58,930 nucleotides of DNA from a virus (taxonomy: Duplodnaviria; Caudoviricetes), in IMG/VR virus record IMGVR_UViG_3300025801_000025, positions 1 to 58,930 of that record. One strand, given 5' to 3'. Position 1 is the first letter of the stretch; each line of letters starts with the position of its first letter. Made by a program: the position numbers and the translations under genes. Of the stretch, positions 49,634 through 58,720 are shown one piece after another. The notes under the pieces were generated by a model that did no database searches, was not told where the DNA came from, and saw nothing but the letters and a program-made list of their open reading frames with translations.

Positions 49634-51105
49634 GTGATTTTTTTGGAGTCTAAATAAGTTAGGGAGATTCTTGCTCTAGTAAGCGCAACATAGGTGAGAT
49701 TGTTTTCCTGTTGCAGTTCCCATGACTGCTTGGCCCACTTAGCTGGTAGGAGGTGGGGATCCAGTAGACCTATGGCATCCCATTCCCTACCCTTAGCTTT
49801 GTGGATAGTTGTTAGGTGATATTCTGCAGGTTTACGCTCTCGGGCGGTAGGGTCTACATATAGGCTATCTATGTGGTCACGGATTTTTTTCACCGTCGGT
49901 AAGTGTTCTGCTAAAGCTACTATCGTCGAGACTTTGTCTTCTATATTGTGACGTTTGGCTGGGCGTCGAGAGATTTCGCGGTCTGCCCATTTTTGTAGGC
50001 GCTCTACGAGTTTTTCTGACGACATAGAGTCAGAGTTTTTCCCGGATGCTAGTCGGTTGATTGTTGATTTTAGTCCTGCCCCTATGTCTTTTCCGGCTAC
50101 CTCACAGGAAAATCCGTTGAGGAATAGCCGTATTGCCAAGGATAGGAGCGGCGCATTGTTGCGGCAGATTATGGTTTTGGGAATATTTTCGATATCTGTT
50201 GACGAGACTGGTATAACTTCGCCTTCCGGGGCGGTAGGAGCGTGCTCAATAGATGGGACATATTGCTGTGCTTCTCCGATTATGGCTTTAGCACACCTCC
50301 AAGAGACTGTTAGGGGATGGATATGTGCCTTAAAGCGGTTGGTTAGGTGAGAGAAAGAGTCGCTCATTGCTCCAGCAAAGGCAAATATCGCTTGGTTAGG
50401 GTCGCCTGCTATGACGATTCGTCCTCCTGGCCGAAGAGCTTTAGCTACTAGGAGGTGCTGTAGTACATTTAGATCCTGGGCCTCGTCTACTATGATTTTA
50501 GGGTATTGTTTTACTGGAAACCCCCAGAAAACTGGTAGGGTTAGCATGTGGGTGAAGGTTATATTGCCTTTTAGGGCAAGAGAGTTTGATTTGATTAGGG
50601 CAGAATGAGCTATTTGAAATCCGAGGGGGGATATGTCTAGATCGTACAAGTCAGCTACTTGCTCCCATGATTCTGGAGTGTCCTCTAACACATATTGGTT
50701 ATGATTAGGGACGATTCCAGAAAGAGAAGCTAGTTCTACAAGGTTACGAATGTCAGATATCTGTCTCCAATCTTCGTCCTCAGCAGTGAGGGCCTCTTTG
50801 ATGTATTCGTTTAAAACGAAGTTGGTAGAATCTACTTTTAGATTTGGTAATCGTTGGCGGATTCCTCTTAGTCCGAGCGCGTGCATTCCGATGCAGTCCC
50901 AATTGGACGGCATTGCTGCTGATAAATCAGATACGGTTGACTTGGAGAAAGAGGTGGCTAACCCACTTCCAGGGAGAAGTTTAGCTATCTCTCGAAGGGT
51001 GAAAGTCTTGCCTGCTCCTGCTTTGGCATCGATGGCTAGTGATCCGGTCTTTGGAGTTTTCACAAACTCATAGCAGGCAAGTTGTTGTAGAGTAGGTGTA
51101 GGCAT
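49630..51105 (-). CDS. UvrD/Rep-like SF1 helicase
   Basis: AKAGAGKT, VDEAQD, GDPNQAI, CRNN, TIHKAKGREW, YVALTRA. Confidence 0.93.
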   Translation of the reverse strand: MPTPTLQQLACYEFVKTPKTGSLAIDAKAGAGKTFTLREIAKLLPGSGLATSFSKSTVSDLSAAMPSNWDCIGMHALGLRGIRQRLPNLKVDSTNFVLNEYIKEALTAEDEDWRQISDIRNLVELASLSGIVPNHNQYVLEDTPESWEQVADLYDLDISPLGFQIAHSALIKSNSLALKGNITFTHMLTLPVFWGFPVKQYPKIIVDEAQDLNVLQHLLVAKALRPGGRIVIAGDPNQAIFAFAGAMSDSFSHLTNRFKAHIHPLTVSWRCAKAIIGEAQQYVPSIEHAPTAPEGEVIPVSSTDIENIPKTIICRNNAPLLSLAIRLFLNGFSCEVAGKDIGAGLKSTINRLASGKNSDSMSSEKLVERLQKWADREISRRPAKRHNIEDKVSTIVALAEHLPTVKKIRDHIDSLYVDPTARERKPAEYHLTTIHKAKGREWDAIGLLDPHLLPAKWAKQSWELQQENNLTYVALTRARISLTYLDSKKIT

Positions 51106-51107
51106 AG

Positions 51108-51578
51108 TTAAGTATTGCAGGAAAGGGTTTCAGTTGAGTAGGTTATGTAGTCTGGTTTTAATAAACCTGCGTCTCTTAGGGCTTGCTTATCGTCTTCAGT
51201 CAGAAATATCCATATTTTTAAATTGTATTGCACGTATTCTTTGTCTATTGAGTGTCGCAATTCCATTGCATAGGCATCTGTTGTCGTTCTGGGGTCATTC
51301 TCCAGCCATTTTCTAGTCACGGCATACGCCTTATGGTCTGGGAAGAATGATCGACATAGATTTATATGGAGTTTATTTGTAATAGAGATTATCTCCTTGC
51401 TGTACTCTCCACTCTTCAAGGCACCTGCATCGTGCAGGGGCCACAACAGTTCTGCAGCCTGTACTAGGTGGTACGTAATAAGACGTTCGTCTAGTGGGTT
51501 AGAGGGTATGTGGAAGTTTAAAACGTTTTTGTGGGGAGCAATGGGAACGATACCCATTCCGAAATCAGAGATGTTCAT
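51108..51578 (-). CDS. Hypothetical protein
   Basis: GAGG RBS, in operon. Confidence 0.6.
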   Translation of the reverse strand: MNISDFGMGIVPIAPHKNVLNFHIPSNPLDERLITYHLVQAAELLWPLHDAGALKSGEYSKEIISITNKLHINLCRSFFPDHKAYAVTRKWLENDPRTTTDAYAMELRHSIDKEYVQYNLKIWIFLTEDDKQALRDAGLLKPDYITYSTETLSCNT

Positions 51579-51589
51579 TATAAGCCTCT

Positions 51590-51856
51590 TTAACTTGTGT
51601 GGTGGTCGTCTAACGCCTGCCGCGTGTAGTTAGTTATAGCCTCAAACTGTATTCGATCCTCCTCCTCAGGGGTTAGAAATGCTTCTAGCCACTCGGCGCG
51701 GTAACCTTTCCGGTCTATTATGTGGAAGCTTATTTCGGTGGACTCGAATGGAACAGCACCGGCGTAGGGATAGGAATCACCTAAGTAGAAGTGATCTATG
51801 ACTACTCCACAAGGAATGTTGTGGATTCGAGTTTTGAATGATGGTGTTTCTTTCAC
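51590..51856 (-). CDS. Hypothetical protein (DRKGY.A.WLE motif)
   Basis: Recurrent small phage protein pattern; start lies in the 20-bp repeat. Confidence 0.65.
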   Translation of the reverse strand: MKETPSFKTRIHNIPCGVVIDHFYLGDSYPYAGAVPFESTEISFHIIDRKGYRAEWLEAFLTPEEEDRIQFEAITNYTRQALDDHHTS

Positions 51857-51935
51857 GAGTAGGGTGTTTCTTTCACGAGTAGGGTGTTTCTTTCACGAGT
51901 AGTGTGTTTCTTTCACGAGTAGGGTGTTTCTTTCA
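51843..51935. repeat. 20-bp tandem repeat x4.6
   Basis: GGTGTTTCTTTCACGAGTAG, one mismatch. Confidence 0.95.
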
Positions 51936-52415
51936 TGGTACGTACAGATCCTTGGCGATGTCCAAGTTGAGCTGATCTGAGATAGGTTGATAAAAGGAAT
52001 TTGGTCTTTCCTTGGGTAAAGCCCTATTGGCATATTCTGGGTTAGTACAGAATAATGGCCCTTGTTCGTCTGCCAGGGAGTACTTGCAAAGTGCGGTACT
52101 TGCATAGGGAATGTTGGGGTTTTTATGTTGCGCCCAGCAATAGGATTTGGATTTATCACACCATTTTGGTTTAAAAAGGTAGTACTTGTCTCGGGTTTCT
52201 ACAAGGTGGATTTTGTGTGTTGTTAGATTAATCATGGAAGTGTGCCTGGGAGGGTCCAAATGTATGGAAGTGTGCCTGGGTCCTCAGACCACCCAAATTG
52301 GCTATACCAAGTTGGGGTTGGATGATAGGACATTATCATACGAGCTAATTCAAAGTCGTCAGGGGTTTTCGATCTAGGTTTGGAAGGGGAGTGTTTTTTC
52401 CATTGTGATTTTAGC

Positions 52416-52781
52416 TTAGGTAGCCGTCTTGTTTCGGGAGGTCCCCTCAGCATACTCCTTTACCAGCTCTTTCTGGTTTTCATATGGCATCACACAAAAG
52501 CCTAGCTCTGAGAGGGAAAAGTAAAGATCAGCACACTCTTCGCATAGAAATTTGTTTGATCGCGGAACAAGGCCGTCTTCTCCGTAGATGGCAACCTCCA
52601 CTTCGTATTCAGGGATTTTCCATCGTTCCACAGAGCATACGATAGTTTCGAGAGCTATTAAGGTGTTGCAACTGCAACACCTTTGGCGGCGAGAGGTTGA
52701 AAGCAGTTCATACTCTCCGGGAGTGTCCCAGCAAATATCTCCTGATTCAGGGTCCCAATCATAGTGACAGGTTAAGGGCAT
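52416..52781 (-). CDS. Cys-rich hypothetical protein
   Basis: CCSC...CEEC; AGAGG RBS. Confidence 0.65.
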   Translation of the reverse strand: MPLTCHYDWDPESGDICWDTPGEYELLSTSRRQRCCSCNTLIALETIVCSVERWKIPEYEVEVAIYGEDGLVPRSNKFLCEECADLYFSLSELGFCVMPYENQKELVKEYAEGTSRNKTAT

Positions 52782-53214
52782 TCGAGGGTCCTCTTGTTAT
52801 GAGTGTGTCGCGTGGGAAGCATCATGGTTTTTTCAGGAATTGTCATGCGGGTACCTCTGACGTACCACGCGCGGCCTATCTCCCACAGCCATTGTATTTA
52901 TCTCTAAACGTATGTTTCATCAAATATCTAAGCATTTTTATTCTCCGCCTGTTGCTGTTCCTCCAGATGCCTGCATCGAAAAATCAGCCGAGTAAAATCT
53001 CCATCCATATTCACGTTCTTTGCTCATGATTACCTTACGTATAACAATGCAAATTAAGTTGGACTCGTTTCACTTGCAGCTTATTTGCGACGTTATGCCG
53101 TCAGAGGACCCTCTTATGCCGTCCGAGGGTCCTCTTGTTATGTCGTCAAAGGACCCTCTTGTTATGCCGTTTGAGGGCCCTCTGCTATCTCCGCGCCGCC
53201 GTCTGCTCCTCTTG

Positions 53215-53703
53215 TTATGCTGTCCGCTCCTTCATATGTTTGAGGCGGTGGTCTACGATATTGGAGCCTCCCACGTGTTGATTGTCGGTTAACACCGCTC
53301 CAGAAAGTAATAGTGCTTCCCCCTCAGCAACAGAATTGCCGTGCATCTCGGCAGTGCCACAAAGGAGTGCAGAGCCTTGAACTGAGGCTGTATTATATAA
53401 TTGGGCTTGCCCAATCACTGAGGCATCCTGCTTAACCTCACTATACCCATGAAGGCGGGCATTTCCACCAACGATGGCGTTGTTGGACGCTATTGTTCTA
53501 TCGTATAGTTGGGCGTTGTCTCTGATTCGAGAATTGCCCAAGGCAAACGCATTGGGATGTATCCAGCAGTCTCCTTCGTGAGAGAGGTTTTCGTGGGAGC
53601 TGACCCAGCCACCCATGGTTCCAGCGGTTATCTCGCCAAAGTCTTTTAGGGCTTTGATTTGGTACAAACTGGAGTTATCATTCCGGATTAGTTCATATTT
53701 CAT
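53215..53703 (-). CDS. Left-handed beta-helix (hexapeptide repeat) protein
   Basis: MKYEL..LYQIKALKDFG..GGWV..NLS..G.CW then GNA-type hexapeptides. Confidence 0.8.
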   Translation of the reverse strand: MKYELIRNDNSSLYQIKALKDFGEITAGTMGGWVSSHENLSHEGDCWIHPNAFALGNSRIRDNAQLYDRTIASNNAIVGGNARLHGYSEVKQDASVIGQAQLYNTASVQGSALLCGTAEMHGNSVAEGEALLLSGAVLTDNQHVGGSNIVDHRLKHMKERTA

Positions 53704-53901
53704 TGTATGGGTGCCTGCTGCGTCGGATTGAGATATAGATTTCTTCGAAGGCATTGCTAGCCTCGGCGCTGTTTGTGGGAAGTGTAGTCCATTTGTTGAG
53801 TACCTCCTCTGAGGTATGTGGGAAGAAATGTTTGAGCAGCCTCGCGCATTGTGTGCACTGATCTTCTTCCATTGGGAGCTTGCTCGTCCCCGTTGGGTGA
53901 G

Positions 53902-54123
53902 TCACCATAGCGTTACTTTGGTTTTTGATTTGGGAAATAGGACTACGCGGGAGATAGGAAAGAGAATCTCTTCGTCCCACCCAACTCTCCTCCCGTCTAT
54001 TTCTACTGCTTTGTTTTGGCACCACCTTTTTAGCTCGCTGTTGGTCGCTTGTTGGGGAGTGCGCTCTCGCGAGGTGAAATGACAGACTGTATTGAGTGTT
54101 GTGAGGAAGGTCCAAGCATTCAT
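53902..54123 (-). CDS. Hypothetical protein
   Basis: SELKRW...AVEIDG..., FPKSK pattern; coupled. Confidence 0.55.
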   Translation of the reverse strand: MNAWTFLTTLNTVCHFTSRERTPQQATNSELKRWCQNKAVEIDGRRVGWDEEILFPISRVVLFPKSKTKVTLW

Positions 54124-54332
54124 TGCGAGAGTATTCCTATATCGCCTGCTTCACGGCGACGATCCAACTCCTCGGCTACGAGTTGACGGAATTCTAGGGG
54201 TACTTGGACACGGTTTAGGTTTATGAGCCACAGAATAAGTTGAGCTGAGGTAGCAGCTCGGATATTTTCAGAGGCTAGGGCAAACGTATTGGGATGTATC
54301 CAGTAGTCTCCTTTGTCGGACAGGTTAATCAT
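54120..54332 (-). CDS. Hypothetical protein starting with a duplicated fragment of the LbH gene
   Basis: NLSDKGDYWIHPNTFAL vs NLSHEGDCWIHPNAFAL. Confidence 0.45.
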   Translation of the reverse strand: MINLSDKGDYWIHPNTFALASENIRAATSAQLILWLINLNRVQVPLEFRQLVAEELDRRREAGDIGILSQ

Positions 54333-54431
54333 GGTAGCGGATCCTCGTCTTGATGGTTGATTGTGTGCTGGGGGACATCCTTGTCCGTCTGCCTTTCCTT
54401 GTCCGTTGGGAGCTTGCTCTTGCGCTTGCTC

Positions 54432-54896
54432 TTATTCGTTGGATGCTCGTATTGCGGTAGTTTCGTATGCCCCGTTGGATGCTCGTATTGCGGTAGTTTC
54501 GTATGCCCCGTTGGATGCTCGTATTGCGGTAGTTTCGTATGCCCCGTTGGAGAGGTGTTTTGCCCACCAAGTCTCTCCTGCTGAGTCGAACACCCGTTGG
54601 ATATTTCCCTTGATTGTAGCACCGACTCCGATAACGTGGCGTGTTATTTTGGGTGCCTTGATTAAGACTATATCGTCTTCTATTTGTTTTGAGCGGTGTT
54701 GGATTACGATTATGGGACGATGGTCGTTAGGCGCCTTAAGGCGAGCCTGTTCTATGTCTGAAGGTTTGGGGCGGTATTTCATCCAGTGAGCTTTGTTGTT
54801 GGTGTCGAGCCAGTGGTAGTAACGCCGGCTGCCGGCAGCCGGCGTTACAACAGTCTTGGTTTGCCCAGTATAAGTGAACGATGAAGGTGCTGGCAT
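54432..54896 (-). CDS. Hypothetical protein with a 12-aa C-terminal triplication
   Basis: AGGA RBS; SNGAYETTAIRA x3. Confidence 0.6.
   Translation of the reverse strand: MPAPSSFTYTGQTKTVVTPAAGSRRYYHWLDTNNKAHWMKYRPKPSDIEQARLKAPNDHRPIIVIQHRSKQIEDDIVLIKAPKITRHVIGVGATIKGNIQRVFDSAGETWWAKHLSNGAYETTAIRASNGAYETTAIRASNGAYETTAIRASNE
54437..54551. repeat. 36-bp tandem repeat x3
   Basis: CGTTGGATGCTCGTATTGCGGTAGTTTCGTATGCCC, no spacers. Confidence 0.95.
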
Positions 54897-54937
54897 TGAA
54901 TGGTTTCCTGTACTATTGGTTTTCGTTTGAGGTTGAG

Positions 54938-55753
54938 TTAGAACGGTTTGGCTATTTTGGTGAATGTGCCTCCACAGATTCTTGCCTTTTCCCCGTCACA
55001 GTCTAATAGGTCTTCGAGGGCGAATTCTACTCGCCAGAGTTGGCATGTTGAGTGGTCATTGAAGGATGTCCAGGCTTTGACGATAGATGTTACGGGGAGA
55101 CCTTTTGGTAGCTCTTTTTCAGTGAAGGTACCTTCTTTTTGGATGAAGTTTTTAGTGAATTTTCCTTTTCCATCGCAGGTGGTTGCCCTATACCCGGTGG
55201 CTACGCCTTGGGAGACGGTTATTCCAGCTAGGGCGAGGCGGTAGAGGATAGGATTTTCAATGCCTTGCCAGATGCCGTTGTGCCAGGTGCCGGAGTTCCA
55301 GGTTCCGTTGAGCCAAGTACCGTTGTGCCAGACTCCCGATTCCCAAAGGCCTCCCTGCCATGTGCCGGAGTTCCATGTGCCGTAGTTCCAGACGCCTCCT
55401 TGCCATGTGCCGGTGATCCATGTGCCGGAGTTCCAAACTCCTCTGTCCCAGGTGCCGTTGTGCCAGGTGCCAGAGTTCCAAGTTCCGTTGTGCCAGATGC
55501 CGTTGTGCCAGGTGCCGGAGTTCCAAGTTCCGTAGGTCCAGTTTCCGTTGACCCAGGTTCCATCGACCCAGATGCCGGAGTGCCAGGTGCCGGAGTTCCA
55601 GGTTCCGTAGACCCAAATTCCATCAATCCAAGTGCCGGAGTTCCAGGTTCCGGAGTTCCAGACAACGGTGTTGTTTATCATTTCTACATCTTCGTTGATT
55701 GTGTCGGCATCGGACAGCCACTCAGGGCAGTTCGGAAGGTCTTTTATTTTCAT
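54938..55753 (-). CDS. W-x-x-G-x repeat protein, copy D (26 repeats plus ~110-aa globular C-terminal domain)
   Basis: Leader nearly identical to copy A at DNA level; AGAGG RBS. Confidence 0.88.
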   Translation of the reverse strand: MKIKDLPNCPEWLSDADTINEDVEMINNTVVWNSGTWNSGTWIDGIWVYGTWNSGTWHSGIWVDGTWVNGNWTYGTWNSGTWHNGIWHNGTWNSGTWHNGTWDRGVWNSGTWITGTWQGGVWNYGTWNSGTWQGGLWESGVWHNGTWLNGTWNSGTWHNGIWQGIENPILYRLALAGITVSQGVATGYRATTCDGKGKFTKNFIQKEGTFTEKELPKGLPVTSIVKAWTSFNDHSTCQLWRVEFALEDLLDCDGEKARICGGTFTKIAKPF

Positions 55754-55819
55754 GGGTTTCCTCTTAGTGCATTATTTTTGTGGATTTGGCCACCCTTCCG
55801 TGGGGGCCTATGTCTTGTA

Positions 55820-56032
55820 TTACGCGGCGGCGGCCGTCAGCGCAATGGCCTTACGGCAAGTCTCTGTGCATACGCGGCTCCATAAAACCATAGCATTCAA
55901 ATTTGTGGGTTGGCATTGCGTGCGAAGCACGTGCTTGTAGTGGCCGAATCCTGCGACAATTGAGGGTTCTGGATCATCTTCGTACATGAAACCTTGGACT
56001 GTCCTGTTGTTGTAATTGATTTCGATTTTCAT
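55820..56032 (-). CDS. Hypothetical protein
   Basis: AAGGAG RBS plus ATG 56032; upstream sequence shared with copies B/C. Confidence 0.5.
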   Translation of the reverse strand: MKIEINYNNRTVQGFMYEDDPEPSIVAGFGHYKHVLRTQCQPTNLNAMVLWSRVCTETCRKAIALTAAAA

Positions 56033-56145
56033 GGGGGATCTCCTTACGTGTTTTGTTGGGTTGAGGTTGAGGTTGAGGAAGCGGCTGCGGTGTTTTTGGG
56101 GGGTCGATGGGAGGTGTTTGGTGTTTTTGGGGGGTCGATGGGAGG

Positions 56146-56174
56146 AGTGTATCATGGGGGATGGCGGATATCAA
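56146..56174 (-). promoter_or_regulatory. Leftward sigma70 promoter
   Basis: TTGATA-17 bp-TACACT with extended -10 TG. Confidence 0.65.
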
Positions 56175-56203
56175 GTAAAAACAAGTCATTTTTTGTGCAG
56201 GGA

Positions 56204-56653
56204 TAAGTGGTTGATTTTAGGGGAGTAGTGCACAATGAATCAATGGGTTAGTGGCCCTACTTCAAGGATGGGGTCTACAATGATATCCCCAAAAATCATG
56301 GTATAAACAAGTCGTTTGTGCGGGGGAGATAAGTGGTTGATTTTAGGGGAGGAGTGCACAATGAATCAATGAGTTGTTGGCCCCACTTCAAAAGCCCTAT
56401 TTCATATGGGGGGGGAGTGCCGCGAAGTGGTTGTTTGTAGGTGCTCGAAAATGGGTGTTTGTGCCACAGGGGAGTGTTGTTTTAAAAAGACCAATAGGAA
56501 GTGTTACATATATATATATATATTGTATACTTTTTTACCACCGTTTTAGGCCCTTGTAAATTTAGTTGATTTTGGGGTTATTTGATGATTGGCAAAATTT
56601 GTTCTAAGTCATTGATTTTTAAGGATTTCTCTGAACAATGAATCAATAACTTG
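56204..56653. promoter_or_regulatory. Three inverted pairs of IHF-consensus sites in a non-coding region
   Basis: WATCAANNNNTTR at 56204-16(-), 56238-50(+), 56330-42(-), 56364-76(+), 56605-17(-), 56641-53(+). Confidence 0.7.
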
Positions 56654-56836
56654 AATATCTAAGGGGTATCCCTAAGTTGTGGTATGGATATTTGGTGTTA
56701 TTTTTGGCGTTTTTTTGGAATGAGGTTCACAATTTGCCCCAAAAATGCCGTTTTTATGCAAGGCTTGTGCCTGCTTTTTTGGAATGAAGTTCACGCCTTT
56801 TTTCGATTAAATATCGTGCCAATATGCATGAATAAT

Positions 56837-56872
56837 AAAAAAAAAAGTGCCCTATTTTCATAGAGCACTTTT
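56837..56872 (-). terminator. Intrinsic terminator
   Basis: AAAAGTGCTCTAT-GAAA-ATAGGGCAC followed by T10. Confidence 0.85.
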
Positions 56873-56887
56873 AAGCAAGGTTTGTGC

Positions 56888-57484
56888 CTATTTCACACGA
56901 TTTAGCTTTATGCGCTTTATGCCACATGTTGCGGATTTGCACAACAAATCCTTACTATTCTCTAGAGCTATAAACGCTCCAGGAGACCCAGGAGTTATAT
57001 CCTTTTCAGCATCCTTGATAATTTGCTGAGAGTACTCCTCTAAATACTCGCGCATATCTCGCATCGCGGATTCTTTTTCAGGGCCAGCTTCACACGATGC
57101 GAGGATTACTTGCCGGCAATAGGTTTCTTTTGCTCGCGCAAGCGTGCGACTTGATACAGGCTTATCCGCTTCTTTATGGTTGATTGCGGCAAAATAGGCA
57201 ATCCAACCACGTTGGGTGGCATCAAGTCTAGGCCCTGATATGCCTACTCCGGGCACTTCTCCACGTACTACTACGCGGTCGAATTTGTCTTGTACCGCTT
57301 TAAGACCTTCATCGGTGCCGGCTTTTCCGGCAATGCTTTCCGTGATAGCGTTTTGGAGACCTTTGGCTATTGCCCATTCGAACCACTCGGGCGATTTGCC
57401 TTGGAGTTTCACAGTCCGGGTGCCGATTTCACGGCGGAATTCAACACGAATTTCTATGGGAAGCTGAATTGCGAACGGTTTCAT
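56888..57484 (-). CDS. Hypothetical early protein
   Basis: AAGG RBS; followed by terminator. Confidence 0.7.
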   Translation of the reverse strand: MKPFAIQLPIEIRVEFRREIGTRTVKLQGKSPEWFEWAIAKGLQNAITESIAGKAGTDEGLKAVQDKFDRVVVRGEVPGVGISGPRLDATQRGWIAYFAAINHKEADKPVSSRTLARAKETYCRQVILASCEAGPEKESAMRDMREYLEEYSQQIIKDAEKDITPGSPGAFIALENSKDLLCKSATCGIKRIKLNRVK

Positions 57485-57493
57485 GGTGTTACC

Positions 57494-57688
57494 TTATTTT
57501 GGGAACATTGGTTGCAATATGCGACGAATCGCCTGGGAGTTTCTCTTATACCCATGTTTTTTCAGATTATTTGGCCTCCATTCGTCTAGAGGGCATGGCT
57601 GGACTAGGGCGTTGGTTTTGATGTGGAATGGGAGAGTTCGATCAAATCGATCTTTTAGGCCATTGATGGCTGTCTCGTTCTGGTACAT
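57494..57688 (-). CDS. Small hypothetical protein
   Basis: GAGGTG RBS. Confidence 0.5.
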   Translation of the reverse strand: MYQNETAINGLKDRFDRTLPFHIKTNALVQPCPLDEWRPNNLKKHGYKRNSQAIRRILQPMFPK

Positions 57689-57697
57689 GCTGTCACC

Positions 57698-58207
57698 TCA
57701 CTGTAAGTAGAGTTGATCGTCGGACCAAACATACATATTGGACTCCCCATATGCATGTGCATTCTCGGTCAGAGTCTCACCGATCTTGCCCAGTCCGCTG
57801 TCCCAAAATCCAGTACCATGTCGGTTCCGGGTGAACCAGAAATCGCGGCCTATGCTTTCTTCGGATAGACCAGCTAAGAGAGCTTCGTTTTCGGTTATGA
57901 AGTCCTGGCAATCCTCCATGGCCAAAGCACGGGCCTCCAGGCTCACATCCTCGATATCATATTGGTCATTTAGTGGATCCCCCTCCTCATCTGTAGACGC
58001 CCAAATAGCCACTTCCAAATATGCCGCAACCACCTTTTCGATGTTCATCGGGTGTCGTGGCTCAGGATCACCCATCCATCCTACCACTATCCGCTCCACG
58101 TGTGCGTTTGGCATCGCTGCCGATGTGCGTAAGTACTGCTCGGCCTGCTCTACCGTCGTAAACCTCGCCCAGGTTGTATCTCGTCTCTTCACCGCGTAAT
58201 AGGTCAT
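57698..58207 (-). CDS. Acidic conserved phage early protein
   Basis: AYLEVAIWAS, DFWFTRNRHGTGFWD motif. Confidence 0.7.
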   Translation of the reverse strand: MTYYAVKRRDTTWARFTTVEQAEQYLRTSAAMPNAHVERIVVGWMGDPEPRHPMNIEKVVAAYLEVAIWASTDEEGDPLNDQYDIEDVSLEARALAMEDCQDFITENEALLAGLSEESIGRDFWFTRNRHGTGFWDSGLGKIGETLTENAHAYGESNMYVWSDDQLYLQ

Positions 58208-58315
58208 TGGTTTTTCCTCGTTGGTTTGTGGGGAGCACTGGTGGGCAATGCTTTGTTGGGGATGCTATTTTCTACCAGCCGTGTTCTGTCCTAGTCGAGA
58301 TGGTCGTGGGAGAAC

Positions 58316-58540
58316 TTACTCGCGTCCTACCTCCCACTCATGGGCGTTGTCTTCCGTGATATAGAAGCATGTTCTTAATCCGTACTTCACGGGAAGGCGA
58401 AACTCTGTAGGCCGAGTCTTCCATGTCTTACACTTCCCATTCACCCTACACCGTAGCGGAGTGCCATCGGCATTTTTGGCGCTCACGTGGTGGAATTCAT
58501 TCCTGTACCTTGCACCGACCGCAATACTCATCATGATCAT
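58316..58540 (-). CDS. Small conserved phage protein
   Basis: RVNGKCKTWKTRP..FRLPVKYGL; GGAGG RBS. Confidence 0.65.
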   Translation of the reverse strand: MIMMSIAVGARYRNEFHHVSAKNADGTPLRCRVNGKCKTWKTRPTEFRLPVKYGLRTCFYITEDNAHEWEVGRE

Positions 58541-58543
58541 CTC

Positions 58544-58720
58544 TCATTCCTCCGTCGCTTTCACAAATCTGTCTTTGTCAAACCGTGGGTTGTCGCCAGC
58601 CAGCTCCATAGCTAGCTGTTCACATACTCTTTTCCAGCACCCATAAGCTTCAACCCTATCAGGCTCTGGACGCGTGTATGCTACTGCTCTCGCGATACGC
58701 ACATGATCTTTTCTAGTCAT
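58544..58720 (-). CDS. 58-aa protein (DNPRFD..RF motif)
   Basis: GGAG RBS plus ATG; MTRKDHVRIA...DNPRFDKDRFVKA; in frame with upstream W repeats. Confidence 0.65.
   Translation of the reverse strand: MTRKDHVRIARAVAYTRPEPDRVEAYGCWKRVCEQLAMELAGDNPRFDKDRFVKATEE

Noticed and set aside
54437-54551. 36-bp repeats as a CRISPR array
   Set aside because: Head-to-tail with no spacers; an in-frame coding triplication.
122-55753. Diversity-generating retroelement explanation for the paralog variation
   Set aside because: No reverse transcriptase in the window, no template/variable pair, and the differences are not one-directional from adenines.
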